Virus record (IMG/VR): IMGVR_UViG_3300048578_000174
Location: 1 to 24,861 of that record
DNA length: 24,861 nt
Direction: 5' to 3' (one strand)
Origin: a virus
Taxonomy: Duplodnaviria > Caudoviricetes
Under the pieces are notes generated by a model that saw only the letters and a list, made by a program, of their open reading frames with translations, did no database searches and had not been told where the DNA came from. The translations under genes were made by a program, and so were the position numbers. Positions 18,476 through 24,861 of the stretch are shown here, in pieces. Every line of letters begins with the position of its first letter. Position 1 is the stretch's first letter.

Positions 18476-19203
18476 TCTTCATCACCCGCTTCCCGCGTGG
18501 TGCGAAACGCCGCGTTACCGGTAAGGTTTTCCAGTAGAAGTTTCCTCGAATACTTGAACTCTTCCCCTATGAACCCCAACCGCAACAGGAAGCAGCGGAA
18601 GGCGTATTTCTCATTCTCAACTTCCTGTTCCGTCGCGCTTACACGCTTTTGTGTGCGCGCTAGTTCGCAAAGTCCCTGTACCAGTTGGGAGTAAGCAATG
18701 AGCTTCGCCTGATCGTCGGTCGTTCGGAACCAGCCGAATTCGATCCTGTCTGGATGATCTGTGATCGGCAGGCTGTCCGTGCCGAGCGCTTTCTTGAGCA
18801 GTGTCGACTTGCTCGCGACCAGTCGCTTCAAGTTCTCCATCGAAGTGGGAGTCATGCCTTCCTTCGGCAACTCAACTGCAAGGCGTTCAGGGTTGATCTC
18901 CCGAGGGGTTTTTTCAATAGGCGAAATCGCCTCGACCGCTTTGGGTTCAGCGGGCTTTACCACTTCGCCGATCCGTTCGCCGGCGAAACCGTCGTGCGCC
19001 AGTTCGCGGATCAGCATTTCAATCTGCGCCTCATCTGCGCCATCTGGGCAAGTAATCGTACCGTTCTTGTCGATCGTGTATGCACCGACCTGAAACGCGA
19101 AGCTCGGCGCGCCGAGGTATCGCGTCGTGTCCTGCAGCACATCCCTCATGACCGCGACCAGGGCCTTTCGTCTGTCCCCCGTAACGTTGTACTTGATTTG
19201 CAT
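18472..19203 (-). CDS. Conserved phage 'virulence-related' protein of unknown function
   Basis: 243 aa; RKALV..YLGAPSFAF, NEKYAFRCFLLRLGFIGEEFK..RKLLLENLTGNAAF; GAAAGGAAGG RBS. Confidence 0.75.
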   Translation of the reverse strand: MQIKYNVTGDRRKALVAVMRDVLQDTTRYLGAPSFAFQVGAYTIDKNGTITCPDGADEAQIEMLIRELAHDGFAGERIGEVVKPAEPKAVEAISPIEKTPREINPERLAVELPKEGMTPTSMENLKRLVASKSTLLKKALGTDSLPITDHPDRIEFGWFRTTDDQAKLIAYSQLVQGLCELARTQKRVSATEQEVENEKYAFRCFLLRLGFIGEEFKYSRKLLLENLTGNAAFRTTREAGDEE

Positions 19204-19234
19204 TGTGAATACCTTCCTTTCGATTTAGTAGTCA

Positions 19235-19266
19235 CATACATCACTCTTTCGGGTGTGAATATCAAG
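19235..19266 (-). promoter_or_regulatory. Candidate internal promoter for the virulence-related/DUF4314/GGCT trio
   Basis: CTTGATA-ttcacacccgaa-AGAGTGATGTATGT: TTGATA -35-like box overlapping the MTase stop codon; -10 atypical. Confidence 0.4.
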
Positions 19267-21055
19267 CTGTTTCGTCCAGATATACAGCGGATTCCGACAG
19301 GATCCCCGATAAAACAAACACAACGCACGGCAGCGCGACGCCGTTGCCCCAGAGTTTGTACTCCGCAGCGTCGGTGTAAGGGTCGTTCAGCCATTTCGCG
19401 ATTTGCTTTCTCGTCTTCGGTTTTATTGCCGAGCCTGTGATTCGGCGGTGTGTTTCGAAGACGTCCAGCCAGCATTCGATTTCCTGATCGGAAGGATGCT
19501 CTGTACCAAGATCCGCGCACCACCAATCGGGGAAGCCTTGCAACCGAGCGCATTCCTCGGGCGTCAATCTCCGCACCGCATATTTCGGTTCTTCCACGCG
19601 CCTTGCTGGAACGAGCATGTCGTTGGACGCATCCTGCCCGTTGAATCCGCCGGGGTGTGCGCCGGGTGAAATCGTACCGCAAACGCGCTGATACGGCTCC
19701 ACCACATATTTACTGTCTTCCACTTGCTGGTTCTGCGGGAATTTATAATCGCTCGCGCAAAGGCAGCCGACCCGATCGGGATAGCACACGACATGATGAT
19801 CGGAAGTGTTGAGCGTAAAACACACGCCTTCGTTCACGCCGTCGCCTTGCGGTCCGTTGCGGTCGCTTCGCCCGATCATACTGCCCTGCAGCGCATAGGT
19901 TTGCTGCTTTATACCAATATTCGCAGATAACGCTCCGGCGACACCACCGAGATCACGCGCCTCATCACGCTGGTTATGAGTAAACGCGACGACCGCGATA
20001 CCGCCCTGATTACAATCCGGCCTGCCGCCGTTCGCGTCAAGCGTACGTGCGGTAGCCGCTTCGTAAAATCCGCTTTCGGGGTTATCCGATCGCATGGCAT
20101 TGCTGCCATCGGAGCACACGCCGAACGCGCAATTCATAACGAGCGGGACGTTCATACCGCCAGTTCCCATGCGCGCCGCGAGCGTCTGAACTAGTCCGTC
20201 CTTTTCCAGCTTGTAACGTCCGTCGATCGGGTAATTCTCGATAGCTACCGCCGTTTGATTGTCGCCCATATCCGCGCGAAGGCATCCAGTGCTTTCCGCC
20301 CATGCATGACCGCCCATACGCCTCAGCGCGCCGGGTTCGAATCCAACTGACGCGATAGCGCCTCCTGAAGAATCTCCGGCAGGTGTTTGCCTCTGGTTTG
20401 CGCACGGCGTAAAATCCCTGCGCACGCCTTCGCGCTCAAATAGTATTTCTCCGGCGCGTTCGTCGATAAAACTTGCGACAAGGTAGATACGGCGGCGGCG
20501 TTGGGCGACTCCGAAATATTGCGCGTCGACAACGCGGTACGCCAAGCTCCATCCTGTTCCCAGATATACGTCGGCGTAAGGCCATTTGCAGTCATCAGGC
20601 GCAGACACCTCGGCTCCCGGCGCGACGATACTGACGATCGCGTCGAGTACCGCTTTGAAGTCCTGTCCTCCGTTACTGCTGAACGCGCCCGGGACGTTTT
20701 CCCAGACGATGTACTTTGGATATGCTCCATTCGTTACTTCCCTCATTTGCCGCACGATTCGGATCGCTTCATGAAACAAGACAGATTGCGATCCCGACAA
20801 TCCTGCGCGCTTACCCGCAACTGACAGGTCGGTGCAGGGCGAGCCGAACGTGATGATATCAACCGGCTCGATCAAAGCACCATCGATACGCGACACATCT
20901 CCTAGATGCCGGATGAACGGCATTCTCTTCGTCGTAACGCGGATCGGGAACGGTTCAATCTCTGATGCCCATACAGGGCGAATCCCGCTGAGCAGACCGC
21001 CGAGTGGAAATCCGCCGCTGCCGTCGAATAGGCTACCAAGCGTCAGTTCACGCAT
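19262..21055 (-). CDS. DNA (cytosine-5) methyltransferase with long variable region
   Basis: ATG 21055 after GGAG; motif I FDGSGG, IV FGSPC, VI ENV, VIII QRRRR, IX RRLTPEECARLQGFPD, X WGNGV. Confidence 0.95.
   Translation of the reverse strand: MRELTLGSLFDGSGGFPLGGLLSGIRPVWASEIEPFPIRVTTKRMPFIRHLGDVSRIDGALIEPVDIITFGSPCTDLSVAGKRAGLSGSQSVLFHEAIRIVRQMREVTNGAYPKYIVWENVPGAFSSNGGQDFKAVLDAIVSIVAPGAEVSAPDDCKWPYADVYLGTGWSLAYRVVDAQYFGVAQRRRRIYLVASFIDERAGEILFEREGVRRDFTPCANQRQTPAGDSSGGAIASVGFEPGALRRMGGHAWAESTGCLRADMGDNQTAVAIENYPIDGRYKLEKDGLVQTLAARMGTGGMNVPLVMNCAFGVCSDGSNAMRSDNPESGFYEAATARTLDANGGRPDCNQGGIAVVAFTHNQRDEARDLGGVAGALSANIGIKQQTYALQGSMIGRSDRNGPQGDGVNEGVCFTLNTSDHHVVCYPDRVGCLCASDYKFPQNQQVEDSKYVVEPYQRVCGTISPGAHPGGFNGQDASNDMLVPARRVEEPKYAVRRLTPEECARLQGFPDWWCADLGTEHPSDQEIECWLDVFETHRRITGSAIKPKTRKQIAKWLNDPYTDAAEYKLWGNGVALPCVVFVLSGILSESAVYLDETA
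20323..20730 (-). CDS. Nested +1-frame ORF inside the C5 MTase, candidate M.EcoHK31I-beta-like partner polypeptide
   Basis: 135 aa, ATG preceded by GAGGGAAG; protein-like C-terminal half STLSQVL...EKYYLSAKACAGILRRAQTRGKHLPEILQEAL. Confidence 0.65.
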   Translation of the reverse strand: MEHIQSTSSGKTSRARSAVTEDRTSKRYSTRSSVSSRREPRCLRLMTANGLTPTYIWEQDGAWRTALSTRNISESPNAAAVSTLSQVLSTNAPEKYYLSAKACAGILRRAQTRGKHLPEILQEALSRQLDSNPAR

Positions 21056-22277
21056 TGGCAATCTCCGAGTACGGCGCTTTTGTTCCGTCCCTAATCAGAA
21101 TTACGTCTTTCTCAGAGCCGACCTGTTGAATATACCGTTTCACAATCACATCGCAGTATTTTTCATCAATCTCGATCATGCGACAGACGCGATCGGTCTG
21201 CTCACAGGCAATCAGGGTGCTACCGCTGCCGCCGAACGGGTCGAGAACGACACAGTTCGCCATGCTGGAGTTCAGAATAGGATACGCCAACAACTCCACC
21301 GGCTTCATGGTCGGATGGTCGGCATTCTGTTTGGGTTTGTCGAACTCCCAGATGGTTGTTTGTTTACGATCGGCGTACCATTCGTGCTTACCTTTTTTCT
21401 TCCACCCGAACAACACCGGTTCATGCCGCCACTGATACGGACTTCGACCGAGTACCAGCGACTGCTTCTTCCAGATGCAGGTGCCGGAGAGATAGAATCC
21501 CGCTTCCGAGAACGCTCTTCGGAAGTTCAAACCCTCCGTATCAGCGTGGAACACATAGATCGACGCGTCGTTCGACATATAGACTTCCATGTTCTGAAAC
21601 GATGCGAGCAGGAAATCATAAAACGCGGAGTCTGTCATGTTGTCGTTTTTAATCTTTCCCGCGCTGCCTTCGTAGTTCACATTGTAAGGAGGATCGGTGA
21701 CCACGAGGTTTGCTTGCCCGCCGTCCATGAGAAGCTCGAACACATCACGCTTCGTGCTGTCGCCGCAGACAAGCCTATGTTTTCCGAGCAGCCAAAGGTC
21801 ACCCGGCTTTGTCATCACCGGCTCTTTCAGCGCGGCGTCCACATCAAAATCATCGTCATGAACATCGGCACGCTGAGTATCCTTAAACAACGCGTCGATC
21901 TCCGGCGCGTCAAAGCCCGTCAGCGAAACGTCGAAATCCACAAGTTGCAGATCGGAGATCAGAAGCGAAAGCTTCTCTTTATCCCATTCGCCGCTGATTT
22001 TGTTGAGCGCGACATTGAGCGCTTTCTCTTTCTCTTCGCTCATCTCCACAACAACACATTCAATCTCGGTCACACCTGTATCGACCAGCACTTTCAGCCG
22101 TTGGTGTCCGCCGACGACGTGGCCTGTGGTCTGATTCCAGATGACCGGCTCTACATATCCAAACTCCAATAGCGAACGCTTCAGCTTTTCGTATTCCGGG
22201 TCGCCGGGCTTCAGGTCTTTGCGTGGATTGTAATCCGCCGGAACGAGATTATCGACCGGCAGCGTTTGAATGACCAT
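21048..22277 (-). CDS. ParB-like domain fused to N6-adenine/N4-cytosine DNA methyltransferase (beta class)
   Basis: 409 aa; YNPRK..GYVEPVI..VGGHQR (ParB), TDPPYN (motif IV), HPTMKP, LDPFGGSGST (motif I). Confidence 0.93.
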   Translation of the reverse strand: MVIQTLPVDNLVPADYNPRKDLKPGDPEYEKLKRSLLEFGYVEPVIWNQTTGHVVGGHQRLKVLVDTGVTEIECVVVEMSEEKEKALNVALNKISGEWDKEKLSLLISDLQLVDFDVSLTGFDAPEIDALFKDTQRADVHDDDFDVDAALKEPVMTKPGDLWLLGKHRLVCGDSTKRDVFELLMDGGQANLVVTDPPYNVNYEGSAGKIKNDNMTDSAFYDFLLASFQNMEVYMSNDASIYVFHADTEGLNFRRAFSEAGFYLSGTCIWKKQSLVLGRSPYQWRHEPVLFGWKKKGKHEWYADRKQTTIWEFDKPKQNADHPTMKPVELLAYPILNSSMANCVVLDPFGGSGSTLIACEQTDRVCRMIEIDEKYCDVIVKRYIQQVGSEKDVILIRDGTKAPYSEIANA

Positions 22278-22431
22278 GTTGGATTCCTTTCGAGACGATT
22301 TTCCGTAAGCCGACCTGCGCCGCGGGAAGGTTTCCCGCGAGCGCTTGCCCGCGCAGAGTCTTTCGCTGTTGACTTGTCAGTCGGTAGTATCGGAGCGACT
22401 GGATAAAATCCTGCACATCGTCCATACTCAT
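22249..22431 (-). CDS. Small phage hypothetical protein
   Basis: 60 aa, ATGA overlap with terS stop; LTSQQRKTLRGQALAG. Confidence 0.7.
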   Translation of the reverse strand: MSMDDVQDFIQSLRYYRLTSQQRKTLRGQALAGNLPAAQVGLRKIVSKGIQHGHSNAAGR

Positions 22432-22970
22432 TTCCCCTTGCGCGCGGTCAGCAGGCGTTCCATAACGTCGTCCTGCGGATTCGTACCCGTATAGTCTGTC
22501 GCACAGTTCTCCTTCACGATCTGGAAGATCTCGTACCAGAGCCGGTTCGTCTGTGCCATGTAATTCTGGCTCATTGCCACATACGGAGACTGAATCGCGC
22601 TGCCGGTGGTCGGATGCTTCGCTAAGAAGCCGTACTCAGTCACCGCCTCTTCACACTGAATCCAGCGTGCTGCGCTCATGGCGTACCGCTCCAGCAACTG
22701 CGGAGAAACGATCCTTGCCGCGCCACGCTGGTCGAGCCAGCCCCATGTGATTGCGTAGATCTCCGCCGCCTCGAGGTTACGTCCATCCTTCTGTTGCGCA
22801 GAGAGCAGTTCTCTCGGCAGCGGCATATCATTGCCTAGTAGATTGGCGGTATTGGGAAACTCCACAACGGTCAGCTTCCGCTTACCCGGGTTACCGTCGA
22901 GCATCTTATCGGCGAGCGGCTTTTTCTTCTGACCCGCGCCCAATCTCGACCCGCCGTGACCGTTTGGCAT
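22428..22970 (-). CDS. terS: Terminase small subunit (P27 family)
   Basis: 180 aa; HGG.R.GAG.KKK, GNPGKRKL, LERYAMS.ARW..CE, HPTTG..IQSPYV; AGGAGG RBS. Confidence 0.88.
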   Translation of the reverse strand: MPNGHGGSRLGAGQKKKPLADKMLDGNPGKRKLTVVEFPNTANLLGNDMPLPRELLSAQQKDGRNLEAAEIYAITWGWLDQRGAARIVSPQLLERYAMSAARWIQCEEAVTEYGFLAKHPTTGSAIQSPYVAMSQNYMAQTNRLWYEIFQIVKENCATDYTGTNPQDDVMERLLTARKGK

Positions 22971-22989
22971 GTGAGTTTCCTCCTGCGAA

Positions 22990-23105
22990 AAAAATTAGAG
23001 GCCTATTCGACCTCTTGAAACCGCGAAAGTTTGTACGTGACCCGACCGCGTTGTCCGGTTGGAAAGGTCGCAGAGATTGAATTGCCCCCACAGGGTCATT
23101 TCGCG
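22990..23105. other. Probable cos/packaging initiation region
   Basis: Non-coding gap between HNH and terS, the usual cos position in HK97-like phages; GC-rich core ACAACGCGGTCGGGTCAC on minus; exact cut site not determinable. Confidence 0.5.
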
Positions 23106-23107
23106 TG

Positions 23108-23464
23108 CTATTTCTGTCTTGAGTTGGTGCTTCCGATCGTAATCTTCGAATGGCAACTCTTACATAACGCCATGAGGTTGCGCTCGTCGTGTGTTCCACC
23201 GTTTGCCAGCGGCAGGATATGATGCACTTCCTCGGCAGGCGTCAGCCTGCCTTCATTCCTGCACTGTTCACACAAAGGATGCTGCAAAAGAAATCGCGCC
23301 CGGAGTTTCTTCCACGCGCGACCGTAACGTTTGTTGGCATTCGGGTCGCGAAGGTATCGGTTGTACTGACGATCGATGGATTGTCTGTGCTCATCACAGT
23401 ACTGACCATCGGTCAGCCTGCCGCACCCCGGATAGGAGCATGGACGCTTGGGTTTTCTCGGCAT
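23108..23464 (-). CDS. HNH endonuclease (terminase-associated, HK97 gp74-like)
   Basis: Start ATG 23464 (MPRKPKRPC); CEQC, EVHHILPL..GG..NLMALCKSCH. Confidence 0.92.
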   Translation of the reverse strand: MPRKPKRPCSYPGCGRLTDGQYCDEHRQSIDRQYNRYLRDPNANKRYGRAWKKLRARFLLQHPLCEQCRNEGRLTPAEEVHHILPLANGGTHDERNLMALCKSCHSKITIGSTNSRQK

Positions 23465-23478
23465 CTTACACTCATCTG

Positions 23479-23517
23479 AAAACAAACAGAGACTCTCGCG
23501 TTTGCGAAAGTCTCTGT
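23479..23517 (-). terminator. Leader terminator at the start of the late operon
   Basis: Minus strand ACAGAGACTTTCGC-AAAC-GCGAGAGTCTCTGT then TTGTTTT. Confidence 0.75.
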
Positions 23518-23536
23518 CTATGTTTCTTGCAGTCTA

Positions 23537-23581
23537 ACAATATCAAACTTCCTTAGTGCGAAACAATGCGATTTAGTGCGG
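23537..23581 (-). promoter_or_regulatory. Candidate late promoter: extended -10 plus three phased activator repeats
   Basis: TGaTATTGT (23545-23537); CGCACTA/CGCATTG/CGCACTA starting at 23580, 23570, 23560 (exact 10-bp period) in place of a -35. Confidence 0.6.
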
Positions 23582-23585
23582 ACTT

Positions 23586-23984
23586 TTAGGAAATTTCTTC
23601 CAAAGCGCAATCGTGCAACTCGTACACCCTTCTGAGACTGTATCCCATGTCAACCGCAATCTCTTCCCAGCGCTTGAAGCACAGATACCGCAGTTCCAGT
23701 ATCGTCTGATACTCCGTGTTTCCCACACGCTTAATGCGACGCATGATCTCCGCCTTGAGGTCAACGAGCGCGTCGATGTCTTCGTTGATCTCGTTCTCCA
23801 AATCCACCATCTTGGCGATCGTGTCCTCCATGGAGTGCGGGTTGGGTGTCGCCGCCTTCGGCGCACCGGAAAGTGTTCCAGTCGCCTTACCCAATAGGTC
23901 ACGCAGTGACATCACCTGCGCCAGCTTGCTGTTGATCCGCTGGTCAATCCGGTATGCCTGCGAAAGGTAATCCTTGGTACTCAT
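23586..23984 (-). CDS. DUF1492/RinA/ArpU-like late transcriptional regulator
   Basis: 132 aa; KDYLSQAY.IDQRI.SK, ILELRYL..KRWEEIAVDMGYS.R.VY.LH..AL (C-terminal HTH); sits upstream of HNH-terS. Confidence 0.85.
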   Translation of the reverse strand: MSTKDYLSQAYRIDQRINSKLAQVMSLRDLLGKATGTLSGAPKAATPNPHSMEDTIAKMVDLENEINEDIDALVDLKAEIMRRIKRVGNTEYQTILELRYLCFKRWEEIAVDMGYSLRRVYELHDCALEEIS

Positions 23985-23999
23985 ATGAAACCTCCCTTG

Positions 24000-24293
24000 T
24001 CAAATGTCGATTCCCGCATATGCCCACAACACGGCTTTCACATCATCCACTGACCGAACCACATATGCGTGGCCCCCAGCGACTTTAATCCTGTGAATCG
24101 TGCGCTTCTGCAATTTCGTGACAACGCCATCCCGCGTCTTCACCTCGAAGGCAAAGAATCGTCCATCCAGGCAGCAGATCACATCGGGGATGCCCGCCGT
24201 CCCATACATCCCGCCATGTTCTTTCCAGGCAAAGCAACGTGGAACCATCTTTAAAACCCGCATAATTGCGGCGGTAATATCTCTTTCCAGCAT
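24000..24293 (-). CDS. VRR-NUC domain nuclease
   Basis: 97 aa; E.DI, GIPD, AFEVK, LQ, AGG.AYVVRSVDDV (PD-(D/E)xK). Confidence 0.9.
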   Translation of the reverse strand: MLERDITAAIMRVLKMVPRCFAWKEHGGMYGTAGIPDVICCLDGRFFAFEVKTRDGVVTKLQKRTIHRIKVAGGHAYVVRSVDDVKAVLWAYAGIDI

Positions 24294-24325
24294 GTTCGTT
24301 GAATGCTCCTTTCTGTACCTGTAAG

Positions 24326-24352
24326 AAAAAAGCCCTAAATTAGGGCTTTTTT
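24326..24352. terminator. Bidirectional terminator-like perfect inverted repeat
   Basis: AAAAAAGCCCTA-AAT-TAGGGCTTTTTT. Confidence 0.7.
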
Positions 24353-24356
24353 ACTC

Positions 24357-24447
24357 TGTAGCAGTTTGTAGCAGGTTTTTTAGGTCTTCTCTATACGAAG
24401 AGCGTTTTTACAAAGCACCTATTTTACCTGCTACAAGTTGCTACAAA
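24357..24447. repeat. Two pairs of inverted iterons, probable replication origin
   Basis: TGTAGCAG at 24357 and 24367; complementary TGCTACA at 24429 and 24439; 10-bp spacing, AT-rich centre, directly downstream of primase. Confidence 0.7.
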
Positions 24448-24450
24448 GAG

Positions 24451-24861
24451 TTACGCAAACGGTATGCTCCCCTTGTATTCGGTAAATCCGCTCATTTCAA
24501 AGCGCAGCCGAAACCCGATGAATACGGTCGTTTCATTGCCGCCGACGAACGGCCGCTTACGTTCCACGCGCCCGTACATCGCCAGAATCTGCTTGAAGTT
24601 TCGTGTGTTCTCCGGGAAACAACCATTTGAGTCGCACCATTTCTTGTACCGGTCATATACCGCGGATGTTCGCTCTTCGGCATTCGAAATCGGCTCCATT
24701 TCGTCCTCGATAAACAGACCGATCTTGTCACTCTCATGCCGGTACCGTTCCGTCGCAAAACGTACTGATTCCGGTATGGTTAGCCCTTCGCGTGTTAAAG
24801 CTCGATATCCATCTAGCAGCCAGTTTAGGATTGCACTTTGACTCTCCGTTTCGCTGAAGAT
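24451..24861 (-). CDS. P4/D5-family primase-helicase, C-terminal part (5' end outside window)
   Basis: Frame open from window edge: SAILNWLLDGY...PESVRFATERYRHESDKIGLFIEDE...VYDRYKKWCDSNG (D5 C-terminal winged-helix pattern). Confidence 0.85.
   Translation of the reverse strand: MFSETESQSAILNWLLDGYRALTREGLTIPESVRFATERYRHESDKIGLFIEDEMEPISNAEERTSAVYDRYKKWCDSNGCFPENTRNFKQILAMYGRVERKRPFVGGNETTVFIGFRLRFEMSGFTEYKGSIPFA

Larger units (their letters stand above)
1..24861 (-). mobile_element. Prophage (HK97-like siphovirus of Firmicutes), replication end through packaging, head, tail and start of lysis; both ends run off the window
   Basis: Colinear minus-strand order primase-HNH-terS-terL-portal-ClpP-capsid-neck-tail-TMP-Dit-Tal-tail tip-lysin, with many stop/start overlaps (GTGA, TTGA, TGATG). 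Confidence 0.97.

Noticed and set aside
19146-19682. 178-aa alternative-frame ORF at the 3' end of the C5 MTase
   Set aside because: Arg-rich, low complexity, no RBS or motif, unlike the 20323-20730 nested ORF
20832-22172. 446-aa + strand ORF antisense to the ParB-methylase
   Set aside because: Antisense shadow of a well-supported gene; no RBS or recognisable motifs; long antisense frames are common with this codon bias
1-24861. Genome-wide TAG recoding
   Set aside because: TAG ends terL, HNH, tail terminator, gpGT and the moron at expected positions; only one internal TAG found
1-24861. CRISPR array, tRNA, rRNA, IS element, integrase/att site
   Set aside because: No regularly spaced repeats, cloverleaf, transposase or integrase recognised

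Overview
The whole window is the late and late-replication part of a temperate, cos-packaging HK97-type siphovirus prophage of a Firmicute (Clostridia-like), read almost entirely on the minus strand. Gene order in the direction of transcription: P4/D5 primase C-terminus, iteron origin, VRR-NUC, DUF1492/RinA-like late regulator, HNH, cos region, TerS, small ORF, ParB-N6/N4 methylase, C5 cytosine methylase, 'virulence-related' protein, DUF4314, GGCT-like protein, TerL, [+ strand membrane beta-propeller moron], portal, ClpP, major capsid, head/neck/tail genes, frameshifted tail chaperone, [AT-rich moron], tape measure, Dit, Tal, tail-tip protein, a structured intergenic region and a PG-binding lysin 5' end. 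Best second-look signals: (1) a 135-aa gene nested in the +1 frame of the C5 methyltransferase with its own RBS, resembling the M.EcoHK31I alpha/beta arrangement; (2) a candidate antisense sRNA with alternative pairings just upstream of the lysin; (3) an in-frame amber codon in the lysin and an ACG in place of the portal start codon; (4) a GGCT lacking its catalytic Glu and its usual amidoligase neighbour; (5) two morons; (6) strong CGATCG enrichment. All product calls come from motif recognition and gene order; no database search was run.
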